Assembly: GCA_031417515.1 (NCBI GenBank)
Contig: JANOVS010000214.1
Span: 13,871-77,870, forward strand
Origin: Hyphomicrobiales bacterium
Lineage (GTDB): Bacteria > Pseudomonadota > Alphaproteobacteria > Rhizobiales > Aestuariivirgaceae
DNA length: 64,000 nt
Direction: 5' to 3'
The stretch's first letter is position 1. Every line of letters starts with the position of its first letter. This document shows positions 55,718 to 64,000 of the stretch, piece by piece. The position numbers and the translations under genes were made by a program. The notes beneath the pieces are model-generated. The model was not told the origin of the DNA, made no database searches, and saw nothing but the letters and a program-made list of their open reading frames with translations.

Positions 55718-57207
55718 GCGGCTTGCTCCACGAAAGCGCCTGTTGCTGCAGAAACAATTTGTTCGCGTGTTGCGGCATGACGCTCATATCGTGCAACGAT
55801 CCGTCCCTCTGCCATGACAATAATGTTGTCAGACATGCCCATGATCTCGGGCAGTTCTGACGACACGAGGATGATGGCCAAACCTTTTTGCGCAAGTTCG
55901 CTCATCAAGCTGTGAACCGCGGCCTTTGAGCCAATATCAATGCCCTTGGTTGGTTCATCCAGAATCAGGATTGTGGGATTGGATGCCAGCCATTTGGCGA
56001 TCACAACCTTTTGCTGGTTGCCGCCCGACAAATCACCAATCCGCTGGTCCCAGTTGGCCGCTTTCACTTCCAGTGAATGCCCAAGTCCTCTGGTGGCTGC
56101 CAATTCCTTGTCGCGTGACAATAATCCACGCACCACATGTTGGTGCAAGGAGGCAAGTGTTGTGTTTTCACGCACCCCCATGGGCAAGATTCCACCTTGT
56201 ACCTGACGATCTTCTGGCACATAGGAAATGCCGTGGGCTATGGCGTCACTCGGCAAGTTGATTGTAACTTCCTGTCCGCGCAACTTGATCGAACCACGAA
56301 TTGTCTTTCCAATGCCGAAAAGCGCCTGCATGGCTTCCGACCGACCAGCCCCCACCAAACCATAAAAACCCAGGATTTCACCTTTGCGAACGGCGAACGA
56401 TATGTCTGCAAACTCAGTGGCATTGGAAAGGCCTTCAACCCGCAGAACTTCTTCGTCAAGCTTCGCTTCCCGCTTCGGGTAAATCTGGTCAACCGGACGA
56501 CCCACCATCAGTCGCACCAGGTCGTTCTGCGTCACATCCTTGATGGCCCCATCGCCAACTTTTTCACCATCACGCAAACACACCCAACGATCCGCCACGC
56601 GAAAGATTTCATCAAACTTGTGGGAGATGAAAAGCACGGCACGGCCTTCGGCTTTCAAGCGGTCAACGATTCGAAACAACTCATCAATTTCGCGGGCTGA
56701 AAGTGAGGCGGTGGGTTCATCCATGATGACGATGCGCGAGTCATGCGACAATGCGCGGGCAATCGACACCAAATGCTTTTGCGCAACACCGAGGCGTTTG
56801 AGCAATGTTGCCGGATCAATTTCAGCTTCAATGGAGTTGAGAATATCGCGAGCCTTCAGCATCATCGCGGACCAATCAATCAAGCCGGATTTTTTGCGCG
56901 GCGCATGACCCATGAAAATATTTTCCGCCACCGTGAGTTCATCGAACATCGCGGTTTCCTGGTGGATGGCGGTGATGCCGGCTTTCCAGGAATCGGCTGG
57001 ACTGACGAAGGATTGCAACTTGCCGTTCACTTCAATGCTTCCGGCATCCGGGCGGTAAATGCCCGTCAACAACTTCACCACCGTCGATTTGCCAGCCCCA
57101 TTTTCACCAATCAGCGCGGTGACCTCGCCAACGGCCAAGCTGAAGCCCACATCATGCAAGGCACGAACGCCGGGGAAGGATTTTGAGAGGCCGGTGAGTT
57201 TCAGCAT
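55714..57207 (-). CDS. sugar ABC transporter ATP-binding protein with duplicated NBD (RhaT/RbsA-like)
   Basis: 497 aa. Walker A is GENGAGKST and the signature is LSGGNQQKV, with two ABC cassettes. Confidence 0.95.
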   Translation of the reverse strand: MLKLTGLSKSFPGVRALHDVGFSLAVGEVTALIGENGAGKSTVVKLLTGIYRPDAGSIEVNGKLQSFVSPADSWKAGITAIHQETAMFDELTVAENIFMGHAPRKKSGLIDWSAMMLKARDILNSIEAEIDPATLLKRLGVAQKHLVSIARALSHDSRIVIMDEPTASLSAREIDELFRIVDRLKAEGRAVLFISHKFDEIFRVADRWVCLRDGEKVGDGAIKDVTQNDLVRLMVGRPVDQIYPKREAKLDEEVLRVEGLSNATEFADISFAVRKGEILGFYGLVGAGRSEAMQALFGIGKTIRGSIKLRGQEVTINLPSDAIAHGISYVPEDRQVQGGILPMGVRENTTLASLHQHVVRGLLSRDKELAATRGLGHSLEVKAANWDQRIGDLSGGNQQKVVIAKWLASNPTILILDEPTKGIDIGSKAAVHSLMSELAQKGLAIILVSSELPEIMGMSDNIIVMAEGRIVARYERHAATREQIVSAATGAFVEQAA

Positions 57208-57244
57208 GGGGATTTGGGGTAAATGTTGTGGATTGCCATAGCGT

Positions 57245-57328
57245 CGTCATCCCCACGAAAGTGGGGATCCAGACTTTCCACATGATCGCATGTTGCAAGT
57301 CTGGGGTCCCGCTTTCGCGGGAATGACG
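57245..57328. repeat. 84-bp REP/MITE-like palindromic element, copy 1
   Basis: CGTCATCCCCACGAAAGTGGGGATCCAGACTTTC...AAGTCTGGGGTCCCGCTTTCGCGGGAATGACG. The two arms are inverted copies, and each contains a GAAA/TTTC-loop hairpin. A second copy is at 60753-60836. Confidence 0.8.
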
Positions 57329-57400
57329 ATGTTGAGGATTGGTTTTGCAATGCCGCACTGCCTGATCAATCAACCGAGCAATGCAGCGGTGTCATTTCAA

Positions 57401-58423
57401 TCAGAATATCTTCGAGAACTGTTCGATATTCGATTTGTCGAAGGTGAATGGATCAGCCATGGCAGCGTCGCCGTCGGGACCGATTTTGATGTCGCCCATG
57501 CGGCCAGCGGCAACAGCTGTATCAGCCGCACAAGTTGCCGTTCCCCTGACAAGCGCAATGGCAATCATGGTTGAAGCGTAGCCCAGATCAATCGGGTTCC
57601 AGATGGCGAATGTATCGGCGGAACCATTGAGCACGGCACTCTTCATTTCCGACGGCAAACCAAGACCCGACACATAAACCTTGCCGACCAGTCCTGCATC
57701 TTCCACGGCCTTTGCCGCTGCAACGATGCCAACTGATGTTGGAGCAATGATACCTTTCAGGTTCGGGAAGGCTTTCAGCAGGCCTTGGGTTTCGCGGTAG
57801 CTCTTGTCCGCCACGTCGTCGCCATAAACTGTCGAGACCAGTGTCATCTTGGCATATTCAGGTTTGGCCCATTCCTTTTTCATTTCCTCGATCCAGATGT
57901 TCTGGTTTGTGGCTTGTGCGGTGGCCGAAAGAATTGCCACTTCGCCTTCGTTCTTCAGGGTCTTGGCCATCATCTGCACGCACTTCGAGCCGATAAGGGC
58001 ATTGTTGGATGGATTGAGATGCATGATGCGGCCTTCCTTGGCCACGCCGGAGTCGAACGAAATCACCTTGATGCCGCGTTCCATGGCTTTCTTGCACACG
58101 GGCACAAGGGCATTTGGATCATTGGCGGAAATCACAATGGCATCCACCTTCTGGGCGATCAGGGCATCGATCACCGCAATCTGTTCTTCAGCCGTTGTTT
58201 TGGTGGGGCCTGTGTAGATCAGTTCCACACCGCCAGCCTCCTTGGCAGCTTCCATGCCACCATCACGGCAGGCATCAAAGAAGCCAATGCCCAAGGCCTT
58301 GACGACCATGGCGACGCGAATGTCAGCCGCGTGGGCTGTTGAAGTGAAAGCCAACGGGCTTGCGCCGACAGCAATACCGGCTGCAAACAATTTCAGTGTG
58401 TCACGACGATTCCTAGTAACCAT
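57401..58423 (-). CDS. periplasmic sugar-binding protein (RhaS/LsrB-like) with Tat-type signal
   Basis: ATG at 58423 follows GGGAGGAC. The signal is RNRRDTLKLFAAGIAVGASPLAFTSTAHA. The mature part has IRVAMVVKALGIGFFDA...VELIYTGP...AQKVDAIVISANDP. Confidence 0.9.
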   Translation of the reverse strand: MVTRNRRDTLKLFAAGIAVGASPLAFTSTAHAADIRVAMVVKALGIGFFDACRDGGMEAAKEAGGVELIYTGPTKTTAEEQIAVIDALIAQKVDAIVISANDPNALVPVCKKAMERGIKVISFDSGVAKEGRIMHLNPSNNALIGSKCVQMMAKTLKNEGEVAILSATAQATNQNIWIEEMKKEWAKPEYAKMTLVSTVYGDDVADKSYRETQGLLKAFPNLKGIIAPTSVGIVAAAKAVEDAGLVGKVYVSGLGLPSEMKSAVLNGSADTFAIWNPIDLGYASTMIAIALVRGTATCAADTAVAAGRMGDIKIGPDGDAAMADPFTFDKSNIEQFSKIF

Positions 58424-58493
58424 GGTAGTCCTCCCATATTTTAACATTGAAATGCGTGAAGCATTCCGGTTTGCACGTTTTCAACCCCGGCAA

Positions 58494-59294
58494 TCATGCC
58501 GCCGCTGAAACCGAATTCTGTTGTTCCCCCACAATCATCACCTCAACCCCCGCTTCACGCAACACATTAAGCATGGCGGTTGGAGCAGCACTGTCTGTTA
58601 TCAATGTATGCACGCGCGAAAGATTGCAAACGGCTATCGATCCACGCGGTTCGAACTTTGACGAATCCGCAACCACAATCAGTTTTTCAGCCCGTGATAA
58701 AAGTTTGGCTTCAGCCCTGGCAATCAACGGGTCGCCTTCTACGATGCCAAGCGGCGTGACGGCATAGCAACTCATGAACATTTTCGACGCCGTGAAATGC
58801 TGGATGGCATCTTCATCAAATGGCGACAGAATAATGCCTTGTTCACGGTAGACCTCGCCGCCGGGCAAGACGATGCGATTTTCACTGGTCGCAATAAGCT
58901 CCTGGGCAATCGGCACTGAGTTGGTGAGAATCTGCATGCGCCGTGTACGGAGGAATTCCGCCATGAACCAGGTTGTGGACCCGGCATTGATAATGATCGA
59001 TTCACCATTGCTGCAAAGTTGTGCCGCAGCTTGTGCCAATTGCCGCTTGCGTTGGGCATGCAAGGTCTGGCTGACGTCAAATGAGCGGGTTGCAAGATGG
59101 GTTTGCCGGGCAATTTCGATGGCTTCAACCCCGCCATGCACCCGCCGCAATTGTCCCATGGCCTCAAGTTTCACCAAGTCGCGGCGCATTGTGGCAGAGG
59201 AAGCACCGAGCGTCTGCACCAGGTCGCGCACCCGAATGACACCGCGTGTACGTACAAGCGTCAATATTTTTTGGCTGCGTTCGCGTTCATGCAT
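58494..59294 (-). CDS. DeoR/GlpR-family transcriptional regulator
   Basis: The N-terminal HTH is RSQKILTLVRTRGVIRVRDLVQTLGASSATMRRDLVKLE, followed by a C-terminal sugar-phosphate-binding domain. Confidence 0.9.
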   Translation of the reverse strand: MHERERSQKILTLVRTRGVIRVRDLVQTLGASSATMRRDLVKLEAMGQLRRVHGGVEAIEIARQTHLATRSFDVSQTLHAQRKRQLAQAAAQLCSNGESIIINAGSTTWFMAEFLRTRRMQILTNSVPIAQELIATSENRIVLPGGEVYREQGIILSPFDEDAIQHFTASKMFMSCYAVTPLGIVEGDPLIARAEAKLLSRAEKLIVVADSSKFEPRGSIAVCNLSRVHTLITDSAAPTAMLNVLREAGVEVMIVGEQQNSVSAAA

Positions 59295-59647
59295 CGCTCA
59301 AAATTAGGCATTGAAAAAGCACTACGTCAAAGCAATTCGCCCATGTTGCGCCGCATTTCGTCATTGCAGTGCAGTATCGCTCAAAAATTCGATCAGAACT
59401 AACCGCTAGTGAAACAAAACTCAAATTGCAAAGCGCATTGTAACAATTGGAGTTAGCCAATTTCTGCGCTTGAATTCCGGCTGAGTTCTTGACTCAACTT
59501 TGGTTTTCGGGCAAATTTTATTTCGGACGCTGAAATAAAACAAATTAATGAACGTCCAGCCTTTGACACCCGAGAGAACCCATCCTGTCCAGGCATGGTT
59601 TTTTTGGCGTCCATGCCGGGTTGAAGGGGCACCAGGAGGATTAAAAT

Positions 59648-60685
59648 ATGAAGCGTACACTGATGACAGTGCTGGCCGGCGCAATGCTGCTCGGCGCATC
59701 GTCCTTGTCGGCTGTTGCAGCTGGCAAAACCATCGCCGTGTCTTGGAAAACCTTCCAGGAAGAGCGTTGGAAGACCGACGAAGCCGCCATCAAGGCTGCT
59801 GTTGAAGGCGCAGGCAACACCTACATTTCAACCGACGCTCAAGGTTCGGCACAGAAGCAAGCTGCTGACATCGAAGGCCTGATTGCACAAAAGCCAGACG
59901 TCGTTCTGGTTGTTGCATTTGACTCGGATGCCATCCTGCCATCGATCAAGGCGCTCAGCGATGCTGGCATCAAGTCGATTGCCTATGACGTGCAATTCGA
60001 AGATCCAAACGCACTCTACATCACCTTCGACAACGTTGGCGTAGGCCGCATCATTGCTGAAGAAGTGCGTAAAGCAAAGCCAGAAGGCAACTATGCCTTC
60101 ATCAAGGGCGACAAGGGCGATCCAAACGCCACATTCCTGTTCCAAGGCATGATGGAAGTTTTGAAAGCTGACATCGACTCGGGCAAGATCAAGAATGTGT
60201 GCGAAACATTCACCGACGGCTGGAAGCCAGACAATGCCCAGAAGAACATGGAGCAATGCCTGACCTCAACCGGCAACAAGATCGATGCAGTAGCCTCTGA
60301 AAACGATGGCATGGCCTCAGGCGTTGTTGCTGCGTTGACAGCACAAGGCATGGCTGGCATTCCAGTTGGCGGACAAGACGGTGACTTGGCAGCGATCAAT
60401 CGCGTCGCTCTTGGCACCCAAACAGTATCAGTTTGGAAGAACGCTAAAGACCTCGGCAAAGTAGCTGGTGAAGCTGCAAACGCCTTGGCCGATGGCACCG
60501 CCATGGACAAGATTGCTGGCGTTGCCAAGTTCAACGGCGGCAAGAAGGCCGTTGAAATGAACTCCATCCTCCTCGCACCAACACCAATCACAAAAGCCAA
60601 CATCAATGTCGCCATTGATGCCGGCCACATCACCAAAGAGCAAGCCTGTGCAGGCGTTGCTGCTGGTGCAGTACCAGGCTGCTAA
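59648..60685 (+). CDS. periplasmic monosaccharide-binding protein, XylF-like
   Basis: 345 aa with a signal peptide. Long collinear similarity to E. coli XylF can be recognised by eye (ERWKTD, GNYAFIKGDKGDPNA, DSGKIKNV...DGWKPDNA, IDAVASENDGMA, GGQDGDLAAINRVALGTQTVSVWK). Confidence 0.85.
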   Translation: MKRTLMTVLAGAMLLGASSLSAVAAGKTIAVSWKTFQEERWKTDEAAIKAAVEGAGNTYISTDAQGSAQKQAADIEGLIAQKPDVVLVVAFDSDAILPSIKALSDAGIKSIAYDVQFEDPNALYITFDNVGVGRIIAEEVRKAKPEGNYAFIKGDKGDPNATFLFQGMMEVLKADIDSGKIKNVCETFTDGWKPDNAQKNMEQCLTSTGNKIDAVASENDGMASGVVAALTAQGMAGIPVGGQDGDLAAINRVALGTQTVSVWKNAKDLGKVAGEAANALADGTAMDKIAGVAKFNGGKKAVEMNSILLAPTPITKANINVAIDAGHITKEQACAGVAAGAVPGC

Positions 60686-60707
60686 TTTTGTAACCTGAAT
60701 AGAAATT

Positions 60708-60741
60708 GCCGCGTCATTTGAAAAAGTGGCGCGGCTTTTTT
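60708..60741 (+). terminator. rho-independent terminator/attenuator after the binding-protein gene
   Basis: GCCGCGTCA-loop-TGGCGCGGC (9-bp stem with one G-T pair) is followed by TTTTTT. Confidence 0.6.
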
Positions 60742-60752
60742 ACACCATTTTC

Positions 60753-60836
60753 CGTCATCCCCGCGAAAGCGGGGATCCAGACTTTCAACAAGCAAATTTG
60801 CATAAAGTCTGGTTTCCCGCTTTCGCGGGAATGACG
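60753..60836. repeat. 84-bp REP/MITE-like palindromic element, copy 2
   Basis: CGTCATCCCCGCGAAAGCGGGGATCCAGACTTTC...AAGTCTGGTTTCCCGCTTTCGCGGGAATGACG. The length and arms match copy 1, and the central about 16 nt differ. Confidence 0.8.
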
Positions 60837-60863
60837 AACTCAAGTGTGAAACCGGAGACCATA

Positions 60864-62270
60864 ATGTCCAACAGCCCCCCAACAAGCCAAAGTCCTGCGC
60901 TGCAAAACGAAGGAGCCATCACCCGCTTTTTCCGCGCCACTGAAATTGATGCGCGGATGTTGGGCATGGTTGCGGCTTTGCTGTTGATCTGGTGCGCGTT
61001 TGATTATGCAAGCGGCATTTTGCGAGGTGATTTTGGTGGACTTCTGGGTGGATCATTTTTGACGCCACGCAATTTGTGGACACTTCTCGTCCAAACTTCT
61101 TCCATCGCCATCATGTCAACCGGCATGGTTTTGTTGATTGTCATGCGCCAGCTTGATTTGTCTGTCGGCTCAATGTTGAGCCTTGTGGCTGTTGCCGGTG
61201 CGGTGTTGCAAGTGTTCCAACTTGCACCAGCAATGGGTGTTGGTCATCCTGCGATTTGGATAATCGCCGTTGTGGTTTGCATCGCCATCGGCACCTTGGT
61301 GGGTGCCTTCAACGGGGCGATCACGGCTTACGCAAAAATTCCGGCCTTCATCGTGACACTTGGTGGTTTGCTGGCCTACAGCGGCTTGGCTTTCTACATG
61401 GCCAAGGGTGAAACAGTGGCGCCCATGGACAAGACCTATGAAATTTTTGGGGGCGGCATCCCGATCAGTTGGCTTGGGCCCTTCTGGAGCTGGTTGTTGG
61501 CGGGCATTGCCTGTGCAGCAATTGTCTTTGCGCTGGTGAACGGTCGTCGTCAGCGGCATCGCTTCAAGTTTCCACAGCGCCCGGTCTGGGCTGAGGTGTT
61601 CTTGGGCGTTATCGGCAGTGCCGCTGTGCTTGGAATAACCTTGGTCATGAATTCATATGCTTGGCCGTTCAAGCTTATTGAAAACTACGCCAAGGCAAAT
61701 GGCGTAACCATCCCGCCAGGCGTTGAAAACAAGGACGGCAGCGCTATCTGCTTGGCCGCAGACCAAGTGGTGCGCTGCACCGAAGGTCTTGTCTATTATA
61801 CGGGCTATTCCGTTCCTGTGTTGATTGCGATTGTTGTCGGCTTATTGATGACCTTCCTCGCAACGCGCACCAAATTTGGCCGCTATGTCTATGCAACGGG
61901 CGGAAATCCTGAAGCTGCTGAACTTGCAGGTATCAACACCAAGTGGCTGACAGTGAAAGTCTTCGCACTGATGGGGGCACTTGTCGGTATCTCCTCAATC
62001 GTGTCATCAGCCCGCTTGAACGCCGCAACCAATGCCTTGGGCGGCTTGAATGAGCTCTATGTGATTGCCGCCACGGTTATTGGCGGCACGTCGCTGGCTG
62101 GTGGTGTGGGCACCATTTACGGCGCTATGTTAGGTGCCCTGCTGATGCAGTCCATCATTTCCGGCATGTCACTTTTGAATTTGCCAGCAGCCTTCCAAAA
62201 CATCATCGTCGGCGTCGTGCTCGTTCTCGCTGTTTATCTCGATCAACTTTATTCCCGTCGCGTGAAGTAA
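60864..62270 (+). CDS. sugar ABC transporter permease (XylH-like, extended)
   Basis: ATG at 60864 follows GGAGA. The ORF-track start at 60726 reads through the repeat element, giving RHPRESGDPDF...FPAFAGMT. 468 aa, polytopic. Confidence 0.85.
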   Translation: MSNSPPTSQSPALQNEGAITRFFRATEIDARMLGMVAALLLIWCAFDYASGILRGDFGGLLGGSFLTPRNLWTLLVQTSSIAIMSTGMVLLIVMRQLDLSVGSMLSLVAVAGAVLQVFQLAPAMGVGHPAIWIIAVVVCIAIGTLVGAFNGAITAYAKIPAFIVTLGGLLAYSGLAFYMAKGETVAPMDKTYEIFGGGIPISWLGPFWSWLLAGIACAAIVFALVNGRRQRHRFKFPQRPVWAEVFLGVIGSAAVLGITLVMNSYAWPFKLIENYAKANGVTIPPGVENKDGSAICLAADQVVRCTEGLVYYTGYSVPVLIAIVVGLLMTFLATRTKFGRYVYATGGNPEAAELAGINTKWLTVKVFALMGALVGISSIVSSARLNAATNALGGLNELYVIAATVIGGTSLAGGVGTIYGAMLGALLMQSIISGMSLLNLPAAFQNIIVGVVLVLAVYLDQLYSRRVK

Positions 62271-62280
62271 GGATTTCATC

Positions 62281-63060
62281 ATGACAACGCCACTCATTGA
62301 AATGCGTGATATCTCGATTGCCTTTGGAGGCATCAAGGCGGTTGATCATGCTTCAATTGATTTATACCCCGGCGAAGTGGTGGGCCTTCTCGGCCACAAT
62401 GGCGCTGGCAAATCAACACTGATCAAAGTGCTGTCAGGTGCCTACAAGCGCGATGCCGGGCAGATTTTTGTCAATGGCAATGAAGTCTTCATCAACAATC
62501 CACGCGACGCCAAGGCCCAAGGCATCGAAACGATTTATCAAACCCTCGCCTTGGCCGACAATGTCGATGCCGCCGCCAATCTCTATCTGGGCCGCGAACT
62601 GAAAACTGCTTTTGGCACACTGGACGATGTGGCCATGGAAGCTGAATGCCGGAAAGTCATGCACCGCTTGAACCCCAACTTCCGCCGCTTCAAGGAACCT
62701 GTCTCAAAACTCTCAGGCGGTCAACGTCAGTCCGTCGCCATTGCCCGCGCCATCCACTTCAACGCCCGCATTTTGATCATGGACGAGCCGACGGCTAATC
62801 TTGGTGTTCAGGAATCGGCGCAAGTTGCTGAACTCATCAAGCAACTGAAAGCCGAAGGCATTGGCATATTCCTGATCAGCCATGACCTGCATGACGTGTT
62901 TGATCTCGCAGATCGATTGTGCGTGATGAAGAACGGCAAAGTTGTCGGCACGGCGTCCACCAAGGATGTTGACCACGATGAAGTGCTGGGCATGATCATC
63001 GCCGGAAAATGCCCCAAAGGTGCCATTCCCGGACCAGGCGCCATGCGTGAAGCCGCTTAA
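62281..63060 (+). CDS. sugar ABC transporter ATP-binding protein (single NBD)
   Basis: 259 aa. Walker A is GHNGAGKST, the signature is LSGGQRQSV and Walker B is ILIMDEPT. Confidence 0.9.
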   Translation: MTTPLIEMRDISIAFGGIKAVDHASIDLYPGEVVGLLGHNGAGKSTLIKVLSGAYKRDAGQIFVNGNEVFINNPRDAKAQGIETIYQTLALADNVDAAANLYLGRELKTAFGTLDDVAMEAECRKVMHRLNPNFRRFKEPVSKLSGGQRQSVAIARAIHFNARILIMDEPTANLGVQESAQVAELIKQLKAEGIGIFLISHDLHDVFDLADRLCVMKNGKVVGTASTKDVDHDEVLGMIIAGKCPKGAIPGPGAMREAA

Positions 63061-64000
63061 GGCCGATCCAGTATCTGAAGGCTTTCGACCTTTGCACCAT
63101 CAATCGCCTGCATCAATATGCGGGCCAGATTGGCGCCTGCATCGAGGAAGCTTTCGGGAATCGAAATGATCTTTGGATTGGTCATCGACAACAGGCTGGT
63201 TGAATGCTTGGAAACGATATCGAAGTCGCGTCCAATTTCCAATCCTCCATCTGCAAGTCCGGTTGAGAGCGCCACAGCGGCAGCAATGCTACTCACCACA
63301 AAGCCGTCTGGTCTGTCATTGCGGCTTGCCAACTCTCTGCCCAACGCACGAATATCAACCAGCGTCGCATCAATATCGATTGACCCCATGGCCACGTTGT
63401 CGAGGGAAAATTCCCGCAAACCCCGTTCAAAACCAATGTTGGTATGCAGGTTATAAGTGAGTTGGTGCGGCGGGCCAAGCAGGGCTGCACGTTTTCGTCC
63501 GTTCACGGACAATTTTCGCAAGGCTTCGAAAGCAAATGCCTCATTGTCATAGTCGTGATATGGATGCTGCAGGCCCATTTGGGTGCGCCCATGAGTGGCA
63601 AATGGCATGCCTGAGTCATGCAGGTAACGCGCCCGCGGATCATTGGGTTGCGTTCGAGAAAATATCACGCCATCGGCAGACCCGGTTTCCACGATATAGC
63701 GCACCGGCACCATTTCATCAGAAAGCGAATAGGGCGTTACCACCAGATGATAAGCCGAATTTGCCAGGCCATTGGAAATGCCAAACACAAAATCTGAAAT
63801 AAAGCCCGAGCCTTCATCCTGTGGGTTGAGCACCACTGCAATCACATTGGTTTTGCCGGTACGCAAACGCACACCGGCGCGGTTGGGACGATAGCCTGCC
63901 TGCTGGGCTGCAAGCTGCACACGTCTGCGGGTTTCCTCAGAAATTTCCGGGCTGTTGCGCAAGGCTTGGCTGACCGTGGAAATACCAAGCCCGGTAATTT
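63057..64000 (-). CDS. LacI-family transcriptional regulator (5' end beyond the right edge)
   Basis: The frame stays open to position 64000. The upstream codons read [20 protein letters not shown], which is the HTH, so the ORF-track start at 63962 is internal. The C-terminal part has the sugar-binding fold. Confidence 0.85.
   Translation of the reverse strand, partial: ITGLGISTVSQALRNSPEISEETRRRVQLAAQQAGYRPNRAGVRLRTGKTNVIAVVLNPQDEGSGFISDFVFGISNGLANSAYHLVVTPYSLSDEMVPVRYIVETGSADGVIFSRTQPNDPRARYLHDSGMPFATHGRTQMGLQHPYHDYDNEAFAFEALRKLSVNGRKRAALLGPPHQLTYNLHTNIGFERGLREFSLDNVAMGSIDIDATLVDIRALGRELASRNDRPDGFVVSSIAAAVALSTGLADGGLEIGRDFDIVSKHSTSLLSMTNPKIISIPESFLDAGANLARILMQAIDGAKVESLQILDRP

Noticed and set aside
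57245-60836. CRISPR-like reading of the repeated 84-bp units
   Set aside because: There are only two copies about 3.4 kb apart. Each is an internal palindrome, there is no regular spacer array, and there are no cas genes.
60726-60863. N-terminal extension of the permease ORF (MARLFYTIFRHPRESGDPDF...FPAFAGMT)
   Set aside because: The extension is encoded by the terminator T-run and the 84-bp repeat element. A good RBS/ATG at 60864 follows the element.

Overview
This 64-kb chromosomal segment looks alphaproteobacterial, judging by FixLJ-FixK, nirKV, a BigR operon, and moc-like and rha-like loci. It holds about 60 densely packed genes and one tRNA, with no rRNA and no CRISPR array.

Left to right:
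1. A visibly lower-GC block with a Dlt-like four-gene operon (DltD-like protein, MBOAT, tRNA-synthetase-like amino acid:carrier-protein ligase, carrier protein), followed by a REC-GGDEF-EAL protein.
2. A BigR (ArsR-type) controlled YeeE/YedE-Blh-SulP sulfide/persulfide operon.
3. A hypoxia/denitrification island (usp, fixL, fixJ, fixT-like, fixK, DUF2892, host-attachment protein, usp, Spy/CpxP-like, nirV, nirK, cytochrome c) carrying eight FNR/FixK-type boxes.
4. An FMN-riboswitch-controlled ribD-ribE-ribBA-ribH operon.
5. A 1.2-kb AT-rich cassette bounded by perfect 21-bp terminal inverted repeats and 9-bp direct repeats. It carries three small ORFs (one HEPN-like) and no transposase.
6. A SHOCT gene with a Cu P-type ATPase, an MttB-family methyltransferase and an initiator tRNA.
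7. A mocDEF-like cluster (desaturase-family oxygenase, Rieske ferredoxin, reductase) with PanB-like and IolG-like genes and a LacI regulator.
8. An orphan muramidase-M15 endolysin-like gene.
9. An APH-type kinase with a phospho-lyase-type class-III aminotransferase and RidA, then a Gfo/Idh/MocA, RuBisCO-like protein and DUF1537 kinase module.
10. A ParDE-type TA pair, a THUMP methyltransferase, an AcuI-like reductase, and two sugar ABC transporter loci. Each transporter locus has an 84-bp REP-like palindromic element right after its binding-protein gene.

The best candidates for undescribed biology are the Dlt-like operon that uses an aaRS-like ligase, and the TIR/TSD-bounded transposase-less cassette. 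All family calls come from reading the translations by eye, not from database searches.
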